Source of the DNA: a virus
Strand: one strand, 5' to 3'
Length of the DNA: 64,000 nt
Virus record (IMG/VR): IMGVR_UViG_3300037587_000923
Coordinates: 1-64,000 of that record
In this document: piece by piece, positions 29,157-38,963 of the stretch
Layout of the letters: each line of letters begins with the position of its first letter
Numbering within the stretch: the stretch's first letter is position 1
Translations under genes and position numbers: made by a program
The notes under the pieces: model-generated
The model's database searches: none
Seen by the model: only the letters and a program-made list of their open reading frames with translations
What the model was told of the DNA's origin: nothing

Positions 29157-30091
29157 TATTCAGTATCCCCTATTTTGGTAAGACTAAGGTTTGTTACAAC
29201 ACTGTATACTATGTCTCCGTCACAGTCAGAAGTATAGCGGAAATCGAGGCGGTCATCAATATTCAGATAGACGGGATAAACTACACCGGCTACTATTCTT
29301 GAGTTTTTTGATATTATCCGTATTTGGTCTAAAGAAATGGCAGGATCCTTAACCTGACCACTACTGATATGGGTAATCCTGACCTTTACCGGATTCCCCG
29401 CATCTATAAAAGTCCCCGAATGTGGAAAATGATATCTCCTGAAACTATCATAGTCATCACCAATATCCTTCATATCGTCAAATACGATAGTATCGGAAAC
29501 AAAATCTATCCAGTCAGAAGTATTATAATCCCATGCACTCCATTTTTTATAATGAGTTGTAAAGTGGACATATTTACCCCATACCTCAAAAAATTCCGGA
29601 ATTTGCTCTGTAGTAAAATCAAATGTATACACAAAGCCAGGTGCGGCATTTATTTCTGTGCCTATTAACCAATTGTGGTCTGCCTGGGCAAGCAGAGATA
29701 CACCCCCAGTCAATACCCCCACTTGCCCAGTAGGATCAATACCAGATGGATATACAGGCCCGCTAAGCGGCATTATTACTAAACCTTTGTGGGCAGGTAA
29801 TACGGTGGGACTACCTGCATCAGGAGTCCTGAATATTCCCATGTCTACTTGATGTCCAGCAGGGGCGAATATAACGGTCTTATATGCTAAGTCATACCAT
29901 CCTGCTTTTTTAACAACAAGTTGTTTATTTGTGTCGTCATATTCCAAAAAGTCTGTGCCTGCGACTGAGTTGCCATCAGGTGTAACCCACTGATAATATG
30001 TCCCGGCAGTTATTATAGTTACAGGACTGCCTGTGGCATTGTATTCATACATCCCACCATATATTGGAGAGTGTTTTTCAAGTTCGCCCAT
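29156..30091 (-). CDS. putative tail fibre/structural protein
   Basis: late operon, beta-rich. Confidence 0.55.
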   Translation of the reverse strand: MGELEKHSPIYGGMYEYNATGSPVTIITAGTYYQWVTPDGNSVAGTDFLEYDDTNKQLVVKKAGWYDLAYKTVIFAPAGHQVDMGIFRTPDAGSPTVLPAHKGLVIMPLSGPVYPSGIDPTGQVGVLTGGVSLLAQADHNWLIGTEINAAPGFVYTFDFTTEQIPEFFEVWGKYVHFTTHYKKWSAWDYNTSDWIDFVSDTIVFDDMKDIGDDYDSFRRYHFPHSGTFIDAGNPVKVRITHISSGQVKDPAISLDQIRIISKNSRIVAGVVYPVYLNIDDRLDFRYTSDCDGDIVYSVVTNLSLTKIGDTE

Positions 30092-30537
30092 CAGAGCACC
30101 GCCTTTATCTGTTTAAGACTATCAGTATTGGTATCAAAGCCTGTACCTTGTATCGCCGCAAGGGCGGAGGCAAGGGCAGCACCGGATCTATTCTCGATGG
30201 AAAATTCAGCTATTACTGCAACCACTGTCTGACCATCAACCGTTTCGTCTGGGGTCAAAACAACTTTATAATCAGAGCCAGTCGCCCAGAAGCCAATATC
30301 TCCTGTGTTGTTGGATGTATCTATATCTACGTGGTGAAGACCGATAATAGAATCAAAAGGGCTGGTCATTATAATTCCATTGGTGGTTGTTTTTTGGGCC
30401 GCATTTCCGTCTTTATATATTTTGAGATCGGCAGCCTCAAAAGCATCAGAGGGAGCTACTGCCCCCCCTCTGGAATCATTGGTAGTGAAATCAAGCCTTA
30501 TTGTTTCATCTTCTACAAAATCACCCAGGTAATTCAT
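30091..30537 (-). CDS. structural protein
   Basis: FSIENRS, FDTNTDSLKQI (shared with the 28128 protein). Confidence 0.6.
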   Translation of the reverse strand: MNYLGDFVEDETIRLDFTTNDSRGGAVAPSDAFEAADLKIYKDGNAAQKTTTNGIIMTSPFDSIIGLHHVDIDTSNNTGDIGFWATGSDYKVVLTPDETVDGQTVVAVIAEFSIENRSGAALASALAAIQGTGFDTNTDSLKQIKAVL

Positions 30538-31280
30538 ATTATTAGTCCCCTTTGTGCAAGTCCGTTATTTATAAGTCCGCCGTTAACTATGGACATATTT
30601 GCTGCTGATACCAATTCAAATACTGCCCCATCATTCCAAAGTTCACCCATCTCACCCTCTACTAACTGACCAACTGAAATGCCCCCATCTGTGAGTTGCC
30701 TTGTAAAATAATTAGCCTCATCTAATTCACTTGGATAATATGTTCCATCATTAGTATTTCTACTAAACCATAAATCATGTGTATTGTGAGCAAGGCTTCC
30801 ACCTCCGACACTTATTCTTAAATATCCATCTATATATAGCTTGTGGCTAGTCAAGCTATGACTACATGCTACCCAATGCCAACCCGTACTTCCTATTGCA
30901 TAACTTGCATTATAAGCTGGCCAAGTTGATCCATTTCCTGCTTGAAAATAAAATTGGCTTCCAGTAGGATGAAAAAACGTGGCATACCCAGACTTGGAGG
31001 GAACATTGTGCTTCCCGATCACCGCTTGTAAAGTTATCAGGTTTGGTAAATATATCAATCCCACAAAAGTAAATTCATTCTGTTTGAAATCGATATGGTC
31101 TGCTACCGCACCAAAGTTATCTATACCGTCCCATCTTCCATTATGGGAACCCAGTCTTGGATATGAATCATCAAAGATGGCTCCAGTATTGGATATGGGA
31201 TGATTCCCTTTTGCGTCGGCCCAGGTATTATTAAAACGCCAAATAGCCCTTGCATCGTTATATAGAACAGCTAAAGACAT
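30534..31280 (-). CDS. LamG/concanavalin-like lectin domain protein
   Basis: WHWVACS...KLYIDG...LDE. Confidence 0.75.
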   Translation of the reverse strand: MSLAVLYNDARAIWRFNNTWADAKGNHPISNTGAIFDDSYPRLGSHNGRWDGIDNFGAVADHIDFKQNEFTFVGLIYLPNLITLQAVIGKHNVPSKSGYATFFHPTGSQFYFQAGNGSTWPAYNASYAIGSTGWHWVACSHSLTSHKLYIDGYLRISVGGGSLAHNTHDLWFSRNTNDGTYYPSELDEANYFTRQLTDGGISVGQLVEGEMGELWNDGAVFELVSAANMSIVNGGLINNGLAQRGLII

Positions 31281-31314
31281 TATGCTTCCTCTATACCTCC
31301 ATCTTCAATTTCAT

Positions 31315-32883
31315 CTAAGCGGCCTGCATTTCTAAATCATTCAAAGCTTTATCATAAAATCGCAGATTTCGCAAGTGCCCGAAGAGATAATCTGCCGAAC
31401 CGTTATTGCCTAGGGCGATGCTGGTGCCGCTCCCTGTTACAGAGGTTGCAGCCTGTTGCGCCTTTCTCGTACCATCCTGCCAGAGATTAAAATTCGTTTC
31501 GTTATGCACCATACCGAGGCGATATTTAGTTCTTCCTGAGAGCGCTGCAGATGTGGTGGAGTTGCTATTCCCATAGAAGACTGACCATTCACCTGAGCCT
31601 TCGTTTGCCCTGAGCCTCCTGTGGGTTTCACCCTCTATGCTTATAACAGTCTGGACATCAGCTGATCCCTGCTTGCCAAGCATGTCCACATCGATCAACC
31701 AAGTCTCGGGCTTGTTCGGCTCTATGATATTGTCTATGAAGGCGACGCTGTAATTATCGGCCGTCCTTGCGACAGTTGATGCCGTTGTCGGGATATAACT
31801 CGATGCAAAAGGAAGCTCCTCCATTTGCGCCCCCCATGCATAGATGCCAGATGAGCCATCGCCCTGATAACTAACTTCTTCATCCGCAGTCGCCATGTAA
31901 ATCCAGAAGGTCACGACTCCTGATGACGATCCCATGTCTGGGACCTCTACAGCGCAGCGATAAAAACCGTTGGCAACAGGGGTCATTGATGCAGTAAATC
32001 CATCATCGACAGTACCTATCACGCCATTGGCAAGATCAAACCATGCGTCTGCGGTTGCAAAATCTTTGGTTCTTATTGTTAATCGTGCCCAGGCTCTTTC
32101 TCCTTGCTTTAAATACACTGACCCGGCCGCAGGCGCATTATCTGTTATGGCTGCCGGCAACTGATTAACATGATGCTTTCCATCGGAACCGTCTTCCACA
32201 ATCTTCTCTGCCGTAGTTGTGTCATCAGGGGCGTCAGTGCTGTTTGTAACTGTGGAGCAACTCATTTTTGACCAAATCCCATTGTTGATTTCCTCAGAGT
32301 AGATCAGCTTATTCTCGCTGGGCCCCTCGATCAGGATCCCGATGCTATCGTCGACCATACGCTCGTAACGTGGCGTGTCGATAGCGGCAGACTTAACGAG
32401 ACTATCCTGGGAGTCAATGTATGTGCCGGTTGTTGATCTGGTGAAGGTCTCTGAGCCTGATAGCCTCAAGGCATCAGCAGCACGGCGCATCGGTATGTGG
32501 ACAAGGGGATCGGAGATGTTACCGATCATCCCGCTATATAGGGCCCCCATGTCAGTATCGATCTTATTGAAGGTTTGCTCTCTTAGAAAATCCATAGATC
32601 CGGCATCGCCCATATTGGGCAGGGCATAGCTTCGATTGACGCTGAAGTCTCTCTGAATTACATAACTCTGGCCACTAACAGTTGACCCTGCGTAATTGGA
32701 TGACAGTGTGATCTGGGTATCGCTATCGACTGAGCCTACTACATATGTGGCGTCACCATCTATGCTGAGCTTGAGTATATCGCCGACAGATACATTGGCC
32801 AACCATAGAGTACCTGTCCCAGCAACAACAGCAGAACCATTTGTTACTGCGGCGACACCGTCCGTATATTGCATAGTGGGCAT
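31315..32883 (-). CDS. tail/head fibre protein
   Basis: TFTRSTTGTY, GILIEGPSEN, WGAQME..ASSYIPT..VART, LamG-like C-terminus. Confidence 0.8.
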   Translation of the reverse strand: MPTMQYTDGVAAVTNGSAVVAGTGTLWLANVSVGDILKLSIDGDATYVVGSVDSDTQITLSSNYAGSTVSGQSYVIQRDFSVNRSYALPNMGDAGSMDFLREQTFNKIDTDMGALYSGMIGNISDPLVHIPMRRAADALRLSGSETFTRSTTGTYIDSQDSLVKSAAIDTPRYERMVDDSIGILIEGPSENKLIYSEEINNGIWSKMSCSTVTNSTDAPDDTTTAEKIVEDGSDGKHHVNQLPAAITDNAPAAGSVYLKQGERAWARLTIRTKDFATADAWFDLANGVIGTVDDGFTASMTPVANGFYRCAVEVPDMGSSSGVVTFWIYMATADEEVSYQGDGSSGIYAWGAQMEELPFASSYIPTTASTVARTADNYSVAFIDNIIEPNKPETWLIDVDMLGKQGSADVQTVISIEGETHRRLRANEGSGEWSVFYGNSNSTTSAALSGRTKYRLGMVHNETNFNLWQDGTRKAQQAATSVTGSGTSIALGNNGSADYLFGHLRNLRFYDKALNDLEMQAA

Positions 32884-32884
32884 A

Positions 32885-33064
32885 TCAATTCTCCTTCTTT
32901 TTTAGCTTCGCCATCTCTTCCTTTAGCTCCTCTATCTCCTTGTCCTTCTGTTCCATCTGGACTGTGGCATCTACGAATTTCTGGTTGAGTTCCAGCAACA
33001 TCTCATCTCTTTCCGCTATAATGCTTGTCAACATCTGTTCTATCTGAAGTTCTTTAATATGCAT
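32885..33064 (-). CDS. small coiled-coil protein (59 aa)
   Basis: AAGGAGG RBS; MHIKELQIEQ...KKKEN*. Confidence 0.6.
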   Translation of the reverse strand: MHIKELQIEQMLTSIIAERDEMLLELNQKFVDATVQMEQKDKEIEELKEEMAKLKKKEN

Positions 33065-33075
33065 CTCTCCTCCTT

Positions 33076-36000
33076 TTAAGCAGGCGCAAGCGTTGTTGCG
33101 GTTCCACTGGTTCCTACATATATCAATGCTCCGTTCTTTGTAGCCAATCTCCCATAAGTTCCACTTGTACCAGGTGTGCTGCTTTGAGACAACAATTCGA
33201 TTATCCCTCCCCCTATCGCCCGGAGGGATATATTCCCATCACCGACAAGGCCTGGATTTCCTTTCCCAACTACACCTATACTATTTGTGCTTTCCCCATA
33301 AACACCATAGTTATCAGTACTCTTTCCCCCAACTCCGCGAGAAGAAGTACTGAGTCCATAAACACCAAAAGAACTTGTACTTTGGCCTAAGACTCCTGTG
33401 CCACTGGTGTTGTCTCCATAAACTCCAACTGTCCCGGCTCCATTGCCCAAGCCTTTAACTCCGCCGCTGGTGCCAGCCCCGGTGGTTTGGCCAACAACCC
33501 CATGGTTAGAACTGCTACTGGTACTGCCTACAATGCCATCATTTGAGATGCTTAGGGCGCTTATAGCTCGCGCGGAACCGCTTAGGGCACGAAGAGCAAT
33601 TCTGGTGCTATTGGCAGTGCCGAAGTAGCCGATTATATTGTCTGGTCCCTCCGTCCTGATCCCTATTGAGACGAGCTCCTCAATAGCTCCATCACCCCTG
33701 TTGCCGTAAAATCTCTGCTCACTCAAGGCTTCATCCATCAGGATATTTTTTAAAGCAGGGATCACCGTTGAGTTGGTTGGATTGACCAGTAGCCCACTAC
33801 AGCCTGTCAGCTGATCTCCCGATTTCCCAGTCCAACTAAAAGCATCCCTGTCATTTGTCGTTCCCAATACCCACCCACTACCTGAGGTAGGGAAATCAGA
33901 AACATCTTGAAGGGCAAGGGTGGACTGTGCTGCCGATATTGAGCTCGGGTTATAACTTCCTTTCGTATGGTACTTTAAAGACTTAAGAGTTCCAGCCTGA
34001 ATATCATCAGCATTAAGAGCGCCTCTTATATTCAAGACTGACCCGTCCCAGCTCAGATAATTAGTAGCATCACCTATCTCAAACTTGGCCTTATTGCTAT
34101 CACTGTCGTCTATGCCAAGTATAAATCCTGCAGTGCTATCACCAAAGGCTGTCTTACCAGCCTGTATTGCTACATCACCAGTGGCTTCAGTAATTGCAAG
34201 AGTGATAACCTGAGAAGTTATGGTGCCAGCAGTAAGTTTATCTACGGCAAGATCGTTTATCTTGGCATTGTTCACCGCAAGGTCTTCTATGTGGGCCGTC
34301 TGTACAGCCAGCTCTTGGATATAAGCCGATCCTATTACCTGATTCGCTATGGCATTCCATGCGAGGTCATGAGATCCACTTATATTGGTAGAAATAATGA
34401 ACTGGCCATCAGAGAGGATAGGGTTTGTGTCTGAAGTTGAATAAGTCGTGCCACCGGTCCAGTAGATATATTTCTTGTCAGTATTTCCGCCCGTGATGCT
34501 GTATTCGGCACCATCATAGTAAAGTTTATGAGCATTCCACGTTACATAGTTTGCGGATGGCGAATCATCTGTCCAGCTATCTGCATCAAGAATAGGTATC
34601 TTCGTAAATATCTTGGAGGCTGTGATGGCGAAGTCATTGATATCAGTAGGCTCTACATTGAGTCCCTGAGCCGTTCCGTTAGCTGTGTCGGCGGAAGATT
34701 CCTGGCCGAACAGATCGACAGTTTTTACTTCAATAGTAATTACTTCGTCGGCCTCGGCTGTTATTAAAACTTCATTGCTATGTGTCTCTATCCATGAGCC
34801 AAAAGCGCCGGCGTCTATCTTATACCTATATTCGTAATGTGACAGGTCGGCATCTGTACTCTTTGCCCAGCTAAATTGAACGGAATCCATCCATTGACTT
34901 GATGCCAGCCCTGTAGGCGTTGTCGGGGTCGGATTCGTAAAAGTGCCCGTCACAGAGCCAGAGGCATTGTTGTAGATATCGTATGTTTTTAGGGCATAAG
35001 TGATGGATGGGTCAGCGCTCCCATTGTCCTGTATATTCTCATCGAGAGCATAGGCGTACTGTGCGTCTGTAAGCTTTATCTCTTTACTGCCGAGAGTTAG
35101 GCTGTGATAATTGAAATCGGTTTCTGTGGCCTCGGTCCATGAAAGCACGAGATCTCTGCCATTAAAATCTGAGGTGAGGCCTGTTGGATTTGCTGGTGCC
35201 GCCTGGCTTATTGTAATTTCGATATAGTCAGATACTCTATTGAATTGATTCCACCGCCTGACCTTAAGCGCTACCGTTCCGTTGGCAGTAATTACCAGGC
35301 TATCAAGAAAATCTTCATAGCCATCTCCGTAGATATATTCGTATCTTAGCTCTCTTGTGGTGAAGGAGTGCTGGAGACTGTCTGATATCCATATCTCTAC
35401 TTCATCGTATAGCCAATAGGGGTCGACGCCTACGCCACCTGCTCCTTGTAGCTCTCGTCCTGCAGGCTCACGCCCAGCTCCGCCTGTCTGTGAGGCACCC
35501 CTCCACTTGATCGCAAAGCGAAGTCCGTCCCAAGTATAGTTCATAGGGTCTGAGGCGCCTTCAAGTTGGAGGCCTGATGGTGTGGCTGGATCTACGGCTT
35601 GGCCATCTATCAGATTGGAGATTATGGGGGCAGTAGAGGCGTCCGCATAAATATTATTGGTACTGATCGAGACCACTCTGGCAGTCACAGTCTGGCCGAC
35701 TTGGAATCTCCCTTGAGTTGCATCTATAGTGAAGCCAGTGCCCCTTGAAGTATCTTCTCCATAGTCAACATAGCTAGAACCTCCATCTGTGCTTATCTGG
35801 ATTAGCGCCTTGTCCCAGAATATATTATCTTGTGGCAGATCATAGATCAGGGTGAGGGTGGGCACGTAAGCACCATCATTATTGAAATATCCGTCTTCGG
35901 AAAGCGAGAGGTTAGTTGCATCATCAGGCGTAACAAAAGGCTTAGGTAGCGTTGTGAAAACTGAGACCTCTGGGATTATATCATTGATCGCATAAAACGC

Positions 36001-38535
36001 ATCGTCGTAAAGCTCGAAAATATACGACACCTCTTCGTTTTCACTCTCTGACGCCTCATTAATCCTAAATTCCAAATCCACCCATCCGGGCAGATTGTGT
36101 GTTACTTTCACCACATCTCCCACTGTTAGGATCAAGGAGTCCATAAGCCCGGTAAGTGAACAATGAAGGTTGCCTTCGATGGCTTTTCTGCCTTCCTTCT
36201 CCGCAATATTGGCGGCTTGCCGGTATGTTGCTATTGCCCTGCCGTCTATCTGCTTATCTATGATCCTGTCCACCTTGTCCTGATGATCATAGTCGTTATA
36301 TATAGCTGTCTCCTCAGGGAATGATTGTATGCCTTGAAATAGAGGATAGCCCTTGGAGTAAGTTTTTTGTGGCGTCCAGTTCACCGTTAATGTGGTTGCG
36401 GTCTTGGCTGTATAGGTAATAGCCTCAGCTCCTATATATACAGTATCTGTCGCATCTTCTAGGGTTCCTTGCAAGTCACCATATTCTATTGAGGTAGTGA
36501 GAACTCCTTCGATATATGACGACGTTATAAGTGCCATAGTCTGTCTGATCTCATGATCTATATATTTAACGATAAACCTATTAGGGGTCTCATTTACATC
36601 GTGCTCGAAATATTCAAAGGATCCCTCTTTAATGTTGTCGGTTAATATACATTCCCACTTAACCCCATCGGTTTCAGTTACTGTCTGACCTACCGTCGTT
36701 GGCCACGTAGGCTCGCCTTCGGTGTCATTGGTAGTGCCAGCAATAGTACATTTATATGCATATCCATTCGATACGGTAGGCACGACGGTATCCCCGAGCT
36801 CGACAATAGTGTTTGATTGCCATGTAGGATTAGAGGCGTCATCGAATATGTGGACCGGCAGTTTATTCGCCAACACTGGGTGACTCCAGACATCCTCTAT
36901 GTTGAGCGTCGCCTTGCCAGCCGTATAGGTCAAGTATCCTCCGCACGACGTTAACATATGCGTTATTATTTCTAGGTCATTTGCCTGTTCTGAGATTACA
37001 AGATTCATCTTATAATCGTTGGCCGTACAGACTTGTGCGGCATTGTAGAACGACACGTAATCTATAAGAGACGAATCCAAGACCTTAGATGCTTTCTCTT
37101 CCAGAAAATTTAATATGCACCATGCTGGGTTATTTGACCACTGTTTCACCGTAGGACTACCGCCAGAGTCATATTCTTGCAGTTTCAAGCCTTTGACCGT
37201 AAAGACTACATTGCTTGACTGAGGATCGGCATCTAGTTTGTTGTCAGGAAACCCGTACAGATTACCAGCGTTACCAGAGTTGACGGCGGCAAAGGCCGTC
37301 CTGAAATATCTAAATTCACGGGACAAGAATACCCATCCGAATGGAACGGTAGGGAAATCTGACGGCCCTATAGAATTATTTGTTTCATCTCCTAATCTTC
37401 CCTCAAACCCATAAGTGTCGGCAAGATCTATGGCGCTCCCATTGACAGTGCATCCAGTGATCTCATCTATTTCCCCTTCGCAGATACCATAAAGAGCGCT
37501 AACCATAGTCCATTGCTTGCTTGATTCAGCTGTAGGTAGTTCAACCGCCTTCGCCAGCAATGTTCCTTGGATTTCGCCCTCTCCATATATAATGGAGAGG
37601 GCGTCTCCAGATGGCGAGTACCTTGACCTGTAAGACATGCTTAATGTTGTATCATAAGAGCCGCCAGCCCGCCTGTTTGCCAGACTTTTTTTGCTATACG
37701 AATTATACCCTGAAAATCTAACAAAATTGCTAAACCCTTGACCGCATGTCAGGAAGAATTTATCGCACTCTATGATGTATCTTGATGTGCTATCTATAGC
37801 TGCAGAGAATGGCGCCTCGACTGTGAACTTCTTAAGAGTTCCGTCATAAGCCGACACCTTTCTTTGCGCTCCTCTGTTTGTGCCCGAGAGGATCTTCATG
37901 GTTCCCCTGATCCAATATCCGTCAGTAAATACCCCTAATGCTGTGTCTGTAAGTGTCGTTATGGTGCCACTTGTAGCGGTTCCTCTTGGCTTTCCATTCC
38001 CTGAATTGTAACCACAGGCCTCGCCACAAAAATCCCAGTTGCACTTAGCCGCAAGCCTACGCCATGGGGTGAACGATCGAGACCGGTCAAATGCGTTGAC
38101 TATCCTGACCTTAATGTCCATCTCTGAGACTCTTGGCTTGTCCATGAAACCAGTGAACTGAAGAATCTTGTCATCGGTAGTCGGGTGGCCATCTATGATG
38201 GTTCCGCTTGAATCAAGGAAGACTTTATATATCTCAGCTTTTTGTCCAGAGAAATCACTGGAGGCGAAGTATGCCGACATAGCTTTGTCAACATTATCTA
38301 TGGTGACATTGCAGTTATCGGTCTGATTCTTCATGTGCGTCTTGATAGAAGAGTGGGTAATCCTGTACGAGGTATAGGTATTGCCTTGAAAGGTGAGATC
38401 GCTATCATGGTTGGTTAGGCGCAATATACTTATAACACCTGTGGATTTATCTTTTATCTCTATATAATACAGCGTGCGAGGAGTAGTGCCTTCCTTGGCT
38501 ATCTCTGCTGTTATGGCGGTGGAGAGTGTTCTCAT
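33076..38535 (-). CDS. tail tip / host-specificity protein (L-like N-term fused to J-like FN3 region)
   Basis: 1819 aa; C..DFC...C..CDK...C cluster, WSNNPAW, FN3 repeats, GVxG repeats. Confidence 0.85.
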   Translation of the reverse strand: MRTLSTAITAEIAKEGTTPRTLYYIEIKDKSTGVISILRLTNHDSDLTFQGNTYTSYRITHSSIKTHMKNQTDNCNVTIDNVDKAMSAYFASSDFSGQKAEIYKVFLDSSGTIIDGHPTTDDKILQFTGFMDKPRVSEMDIKVRIVNAFDRSRSFTPWRRLAAKCNWDFCGEACGYNSGNGKPRGTATSGTITTLTDTALGVFTDGYWIRGTMKILSGTNRGAQRKVSAYDGTLKKFTVEAPFSAAIDSTSRYIIECDKFFLTCGQGFSNFVRFSGYNSYSKKSLANRRAGGSYDTTLSMSYRSRYSPSGDALSIIYGEGEIQGTLLAKAVELPTAESSKQWTMVSALYGICEGEIDEITGCTVNGSAIDLADTYGFEGRLGDETNNSIGPSDFPTVPFGWVFLSREFRYFRTAFAAVNSGNAGNLYGFPDNKLDADPQSSNVVFTVKGLKLQEYDSGGSPTVKQWSNNPAWCILNFLEEKASKVLDSSLIDYVSFYNAAQVCTANDYKMNLVISEQANDLEIITHMLTSCGGYLTYTAGKATLNIEDVWSHPVLANKLPVHIFDDASNPTWQSNTIVELGDTVVPTVSNGYAYKCTIAGTTNDTEGEPTWPTTVGQTVTETDGVKWECILTDNIKEGSFEYFEHDVNETPNRFIVKYIDHEIRQTMALITSSYIEGVLTTSIEYGDLQGTLEDATDTVYIGAEAITYTAKTATTLTVNWTPQKTYSKGYPLFQGIQSFPEETAIYNDYDHQDKVDRIIDKQIDGRAIATYRQAANIAEKEGRKAIEGNLHCSLTGLMDSLILTVGDVVKVTHNLPGWVDLEFRINEASESENEEVSYIFELYDDAFYAINDIIPEVSVFTTLPKPFVTPDDATNLSLSEDGYFNNDGAYVPTLTLIYDLPQDNIFWDKALIQISTDGGSSYVDYGEDTSRGTGFTIDATQGRFQVGQTVTARVVSISTNNIYADASTAPIISNLIDGQAVDPATPSGLQLEGASDPMNYTWDGLRFAIKWRGASQTGGAGREPAGRELQGAGGVGVDPYWLYDEVEIWISDSLQHSFTTRELRYEYIYGDGYEDFLDSLVITANGTVALKVRRWNQFNRVSDYIEITISQAAPANPTGLTSDFNGRDLVLSWTEATETDFNYHSLTLGSKEIKLTDAQYAYALDENIQDNGSADPSITYALKTYDIYNNASGSVTGTFTNPTPTTPTGLASSQWMDSVQFSWAKSTDADLSHYEYRYKIDAGAFGSWIETHSNEVLITAEADEVITIEVKTVDLFGQESSADTANGTAQGLNVEPTDINDFAITASKIFTKIPILDADSWTDDSPSANYVTWNAHKLYYDGAEYSITGGNTDKKYIYWTGGTTYSTSDTNPILSDGQFIISTNISGSHDLAWNAIANQVIGSAYIQELAVQTAHIEDLAVNNAKINDLAVDKLTAGTITSQVITLAITEATGDVAIQAGKTAFGDSTAGFILGIDDSDSNKAKFEIGDATNYLSWDGSVLNIRGALNADDIQAGTLKSLKYHTKGSYNPSSISAAQSTLALQDVSDFPTSGSGWVLGTTNDRDAFSWTGKSGDQLTGCSGLLVNPTNSTVIPALKNILMDEALSEQRFYGNRGDGAIEELVSIGIRTEGPDNIIGYFGTANSTRIALRALSGSARAISALSISNDGIVGSTSSSSNHGVVGQTTGAGTSGGVKGLGNGAGTVGVYGDNTSGTGVLGQSTSSFGVYGLSTSSRGVGGKSTDNYGVYGESTNSIGVVGKGNPGLVGDGNISLRAIGGGIIELLSQSSTPGTSGTYGRLATKNGALIYVGTSGTATTLAPA

Positions 38536-38954
38536 AATACCTGAATAAAGTTAATTGTTACCTGATGTATCGATTCAGACTGCCATGACCTGCCAAGGCT
38601 GTCATCGGTAAAGCGTACCGTGTACGATACGTCGTTCCTGGGGCATGTAAATGTAAATGAATTAGTGGGGCCCACACAATAGTCAAAGAAGTCAAAGATG
38701 CGGCTTATCTCTTTCTCCGAATAGGAATTGAAGGTGAGCTGCCATGTCTTCTTGTTGGTGGACCTCTTTGCCCTTCTTCTCTCTTTACCTGACTCGCCTG
38801 TTGAGACAAGGACCTTGTATGAGTGACCGTCAGTATATACAAATTCAGGGACGATATGCTTGCCACCGGGATCTAAGCTATCAGTGAGATGATCCCAATC
38901 ACGGACCTCATCTGACCAATCGTATGAGGCTATTGCTGGTGTCGTCTCTGCCAT
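38532..38954 (-). CDS. minor tail (distal tail) protein
   Basis: follows TMP; SGKERRR, VRF motif. Confidence 0.7.
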   Translation of the reverse strand: MAETTPAIASYDWSDEVRDWDHLTDSLDPGGKHIVPEFVYTDGHSYKVLVSTGESGKERRRAKRSTNKKTWQLTFNSYSEKEISRIFDFFDYCVGPTNSFTFTCPRNDVSYTVRFTDDSLGRSWQSESIHQVTINFIQVL

Positions 38955-38963
38955 CTTATCCTC